Source of the DNA: Blepharisma stoltei ATCC 30299
Lineage: Eukaryota > Protista > Ciliophora
Length of the DNA: 64,000 bases
NCBI GenBank assembly: GCA_965603825.1
Contig: CBFDEM010000013.1
Coordinates: forward strand, 682,001 to 746,000
Direction of reading: 5' to 3'
The notes beneath the pieces are model-generated. The model was not told where the DNA came from, ran no database searches, and was given only the letters and a program-made list of their open reading frames with translations. A program made the translations under genes and the position numbers. This document shows, one piece after another, positions 61,278 to 64,000 of this stretch. Position 1 is the stretch's first letter. Every line of letters starts with the position of its first letter.

Positions 61278-61868
61278 ATGTCAGATCCAAAGAAAAAGAT
61301 TATAAAGAAGGGTGCCGAGCCCACAGAATTTGAGTATCATGTCGCCCAAGCTCTTGGAGAGATCGAAGCCTCAGCAAGCGATCTAAAAGGTGAGCTTCGT
61401 GATGTAATGATCACAGGAGCCACTGAATTCGAAGGAAAGTTCAGAGGATCTGTTCGTCAAGCCGTCATTATCATGTTCCACTACAGATCTCTTCAAGCAG
61501 TCAAAAAAATTTACGCACGCCTTTTAGGAGAGCTTGAAAAAAGATTTTCAAGACCAGTGGCTATTATTTTCACAAGGACTATTTTGCCGAAATATCTTAA
61601 GTCTAAAGGACAACAAAAACGTCCTTATTCAAGAACACTCACTGCAGTCCATGAAGCTATTCTTGATGACTTAGTTTACCCAGCAGCTATTTTAGGTAAA
61701 AGACAAAGAATAAAGACAGACGGAAAAAGAGTCTACAAAGTATTGCTTGACCCTCGTGACAGAGAAAAATTTGAAGACAGACTAGACACTTTGAGTGCTA
61801 TTTACAACAAATTGACAAACAAAGAACTTGTATTTGAATTTCCAGTGAGTAGAGAGTTCCCAGTTTAA
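61278..61868 (+). CDS. RPS7: 40S ribosomal protein S7 (eS7)
   Basis: PTEFE..VAQAL, RLLGELEKRFS, QKRPYSRTLTAVHEAILDDLVYPA.I.GKR. Confidence 0.97.
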   Translation: MSDPKKKIIKKGAEPTEFEYHVAQALGEIEASASDLKGELRDVMITGATEFEGKFRGSVRQAVIIMFHYRSLQAVKKIYARLLGELEKRFSRPVAIIFTRTILPKYLKSKGQQKRPYSRTLTAVHEAILDDLVYPAAILGKRQRIKTDGKRVYKVLLDPRDREKFEDRLDTLSAIYNKLTNKELVFEFPVSREFPV

Positions 61869-62205
61869 GTAAACTTATACAAGATTCTAAAAATTAGTAT
61901 TTTTCATAGTCGTAAATTATTTTCCATAAAATCAAATTTCTGCTGCATATTTTTCTTGCCTCTCTTACAGATAGAATAGCAAATTGACAGTATTTTGGTA
62001 AAATATTACAAGATGATTAGTAGAGAGTTTCTTTATAAATTGACAAAAATAATTATAATTTGAAAAGATAAATTCTTTTGGATATGGGACTATAATAGAC
62101 ACCCATTTCAACTCTATAATATTTTTACAAATTTATTATCATATTTTTATTATTCTTTATTAAAAAACGATAATAAGCTTTCTACATTTTTAGTAATTTT
62201 ATTCA

Positions 62206-64000
62206 ATGAGCGCAAAGTTCACAGAAACTTTACGCTACATTAAAGAAGAACTTGCTCCTAAAATACTCGACAAAATTGAAAATGGAAATCCAGCAGATCT
62301 AGGATCCAATGTTTTTACTAATGCTTGCAATCTTGTTTACGAGGTGTCTGGCGGGGTTTATGAATTTGACTTGTATGAAGAATATGTCAATCTTGTCATA
62401 AATTATACTGAAAAAATAACCAAGCCAAGACTTCTTCAATCAGAAGGAAGAAATTTATTAGTTAATCTCTATAAATCATGAAAAAAGCACAAAGTTCTTG
62501 TCCATTGGCTCAAAAGAATATTTTATCATCTTGACACCTCGTTTATTCTTAAAGAATTTGAATTTACACCTATAGTTCCGATGGGATTACAGATATTTAA
62601 AACTGAGATATTTGATTATTCAAAAAGAAAAATCTGTAAAGCCCTTTTTGAACAAATACATAATGAAAGAGAAGGAAATGACAGCAATGCTAGCTGTGTG
62701 AGAAAATGCTTATCCTGCCTTCGAGAAATTTTTGTAAGCAATCCAAGTCTAACGAAAAGGAAAAATCAAAAGAAAATTATATGCGAAGGGATCCCCGATT
62801 ATAAATTTTCTAAAAAAATTGTTGAAAACCCATATTTGCAGAAAACCAAGCTTTATTATGCTTCTAAGCCCATAGGATGAATGTCAAGCCTTTTGATTCC
62901 TACAAATTTCCAGGAAGCACTTAAAATATTTGAAGAAGAAGCAGATAAAATTAGAGATTATGAGGATTTACAAAATAAAGTTTTAAATATTATCGCTGAA
63001 GAGATTGTAAAAAGAGTTGCCTTGAGTTTAGCAGAAATGCCAGAAATTGGGAAAATAAGAATGTTTGATCAAGATAAAAGAGATGAAGTGAAAATGCTAT
63101 TTGAGATTTTTAAAAACTATGAAATTATTTTTCAATCCATCATTCCTGAATTTGAGCTTTACATTGAAAAAAAGGGTTTAGAAATTATATCAGATGAAAA
63201 GCTTCAGCAAGATCCTATTGAATACACAAGATCAATACTAAAATATAAAGCAGAAATTGATGAGCTTATTAATTATTCATTTTCCAATCATTTTACATTC
63301 CAAAAAAGCAGCTCTTTTGCATTTCGAAATTTTATCAATAAATTCTCATGCTCAGCTTCTAATGTTGTCTATTATAGTGACTATATGATGAAAAAAGGAC
63401 TTATTGGGCTTTCTGATATAGAAATTGATATAAGATTATCTGAAATTTCTATAATTTTTACATTACTATATGATAAAGATATATTTATTAGTCACTATGC
63501 TCGCTTTTTGGCAAAGCGGTTATTGGATAAGACTAGCATAAGCAATGATGCAGAACAAATATTGATTGAAAAACTTAAGGTTGAGGGCGGCCATGCAATT
63601 GTGAATAAAATTTACAGCATTTACCAAGATTTTTCTCTATCAGAAGTTATTACAGCTGAGTTTAATCAGAACTACAATCAAGACCGTCCTCATGAAATTC
63701 AATTTTCTGCACAAGTCCTAAAATCAGGGTGCTGGCCTGGGATATCGTCTGAGATTTGCTTATTACCTTATGAAATTCAAGTGCTAGCAAAAGAATTTTC
63801 TCTATTTTATAAACATAAATACGGTGGACGTAGTATTACTTGGACAACTGGATTAGGAACTTTTGAAATCTGTAGCTTGTTTTCGAATAAAAATTACAAT
63901 TTTATAGTGAACCCTTATCAAGCAGTCATACTGCTTATGTTTAATAATGGAAATGCATATAGTGTCAGAGAATTGAGAGAGAACTCCAAATTAAGTGACA
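62206..64000 (+). CDS. Cullin-family scaffold, divergent; 3' end beyond the window
   Basis: TGA 62479 and 62878 = Trp; DKDIFISHYARFLAKRLL, AEQILIEKLK, VLKSGCWP, HKYGGRSITW..LG. Confidence 0.9.

Overview
Gene-dense, AT-rich eukaryotic DNA from a heterotrich ciliate, most likely macronuclear DNA of Blepharisma. The supplied ORF track is fragmented for two reasons. (i) TGA is read as Trp: it sits in frame at conserved Trp positions (kinase HPWF, WD40, RCC1, HSF, MLO, zinc-ribbon), while the rebuilt genes end in TAA/TAG. (ii) Genes carry 15-16-nt GT..AG introns with an A at position 10 (or 11). Re-translating by hand gives about 40 genes: PRL phosphatase (partial), H2A.Z, AGC kinase, EF-hand protein, proteasome beta2, NPHP4, three mitochondrial-type dual-RRM proteins, CTD phosphatase, WDR48, O-methyltransferase-fold protein, UBX, DHHC, RBR E3, zinc-ribbon/J-domain protein, Sel1, TLC, a 2098-aa P4-ATPase/guanylyl cyclase, TBCCD1, selenophosphate synthetase, two HSFs, HSBP1, RCC1, YY1-like zinc finger, MLO-like/EF-hand, SRPK, EF-hand/C2 membrane protein, PAM2 protein, CKK protein, CHCHD2/10, RPS7 and cullin (partial). 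I recognised no tRNA, rRNA, transposon, IES or CRISPR. Best leads: selenophosphate synthetase in a UGA=Trp genome only 13 nt behind TBCCD1, the MLO-EF-hand protein, the zinc-ribbon/J-domain fusion, the catalytically divergent methyltransferase fold, and stop-free hidden micro-introns. All family calls come from motif recognition by eye, not database searches.
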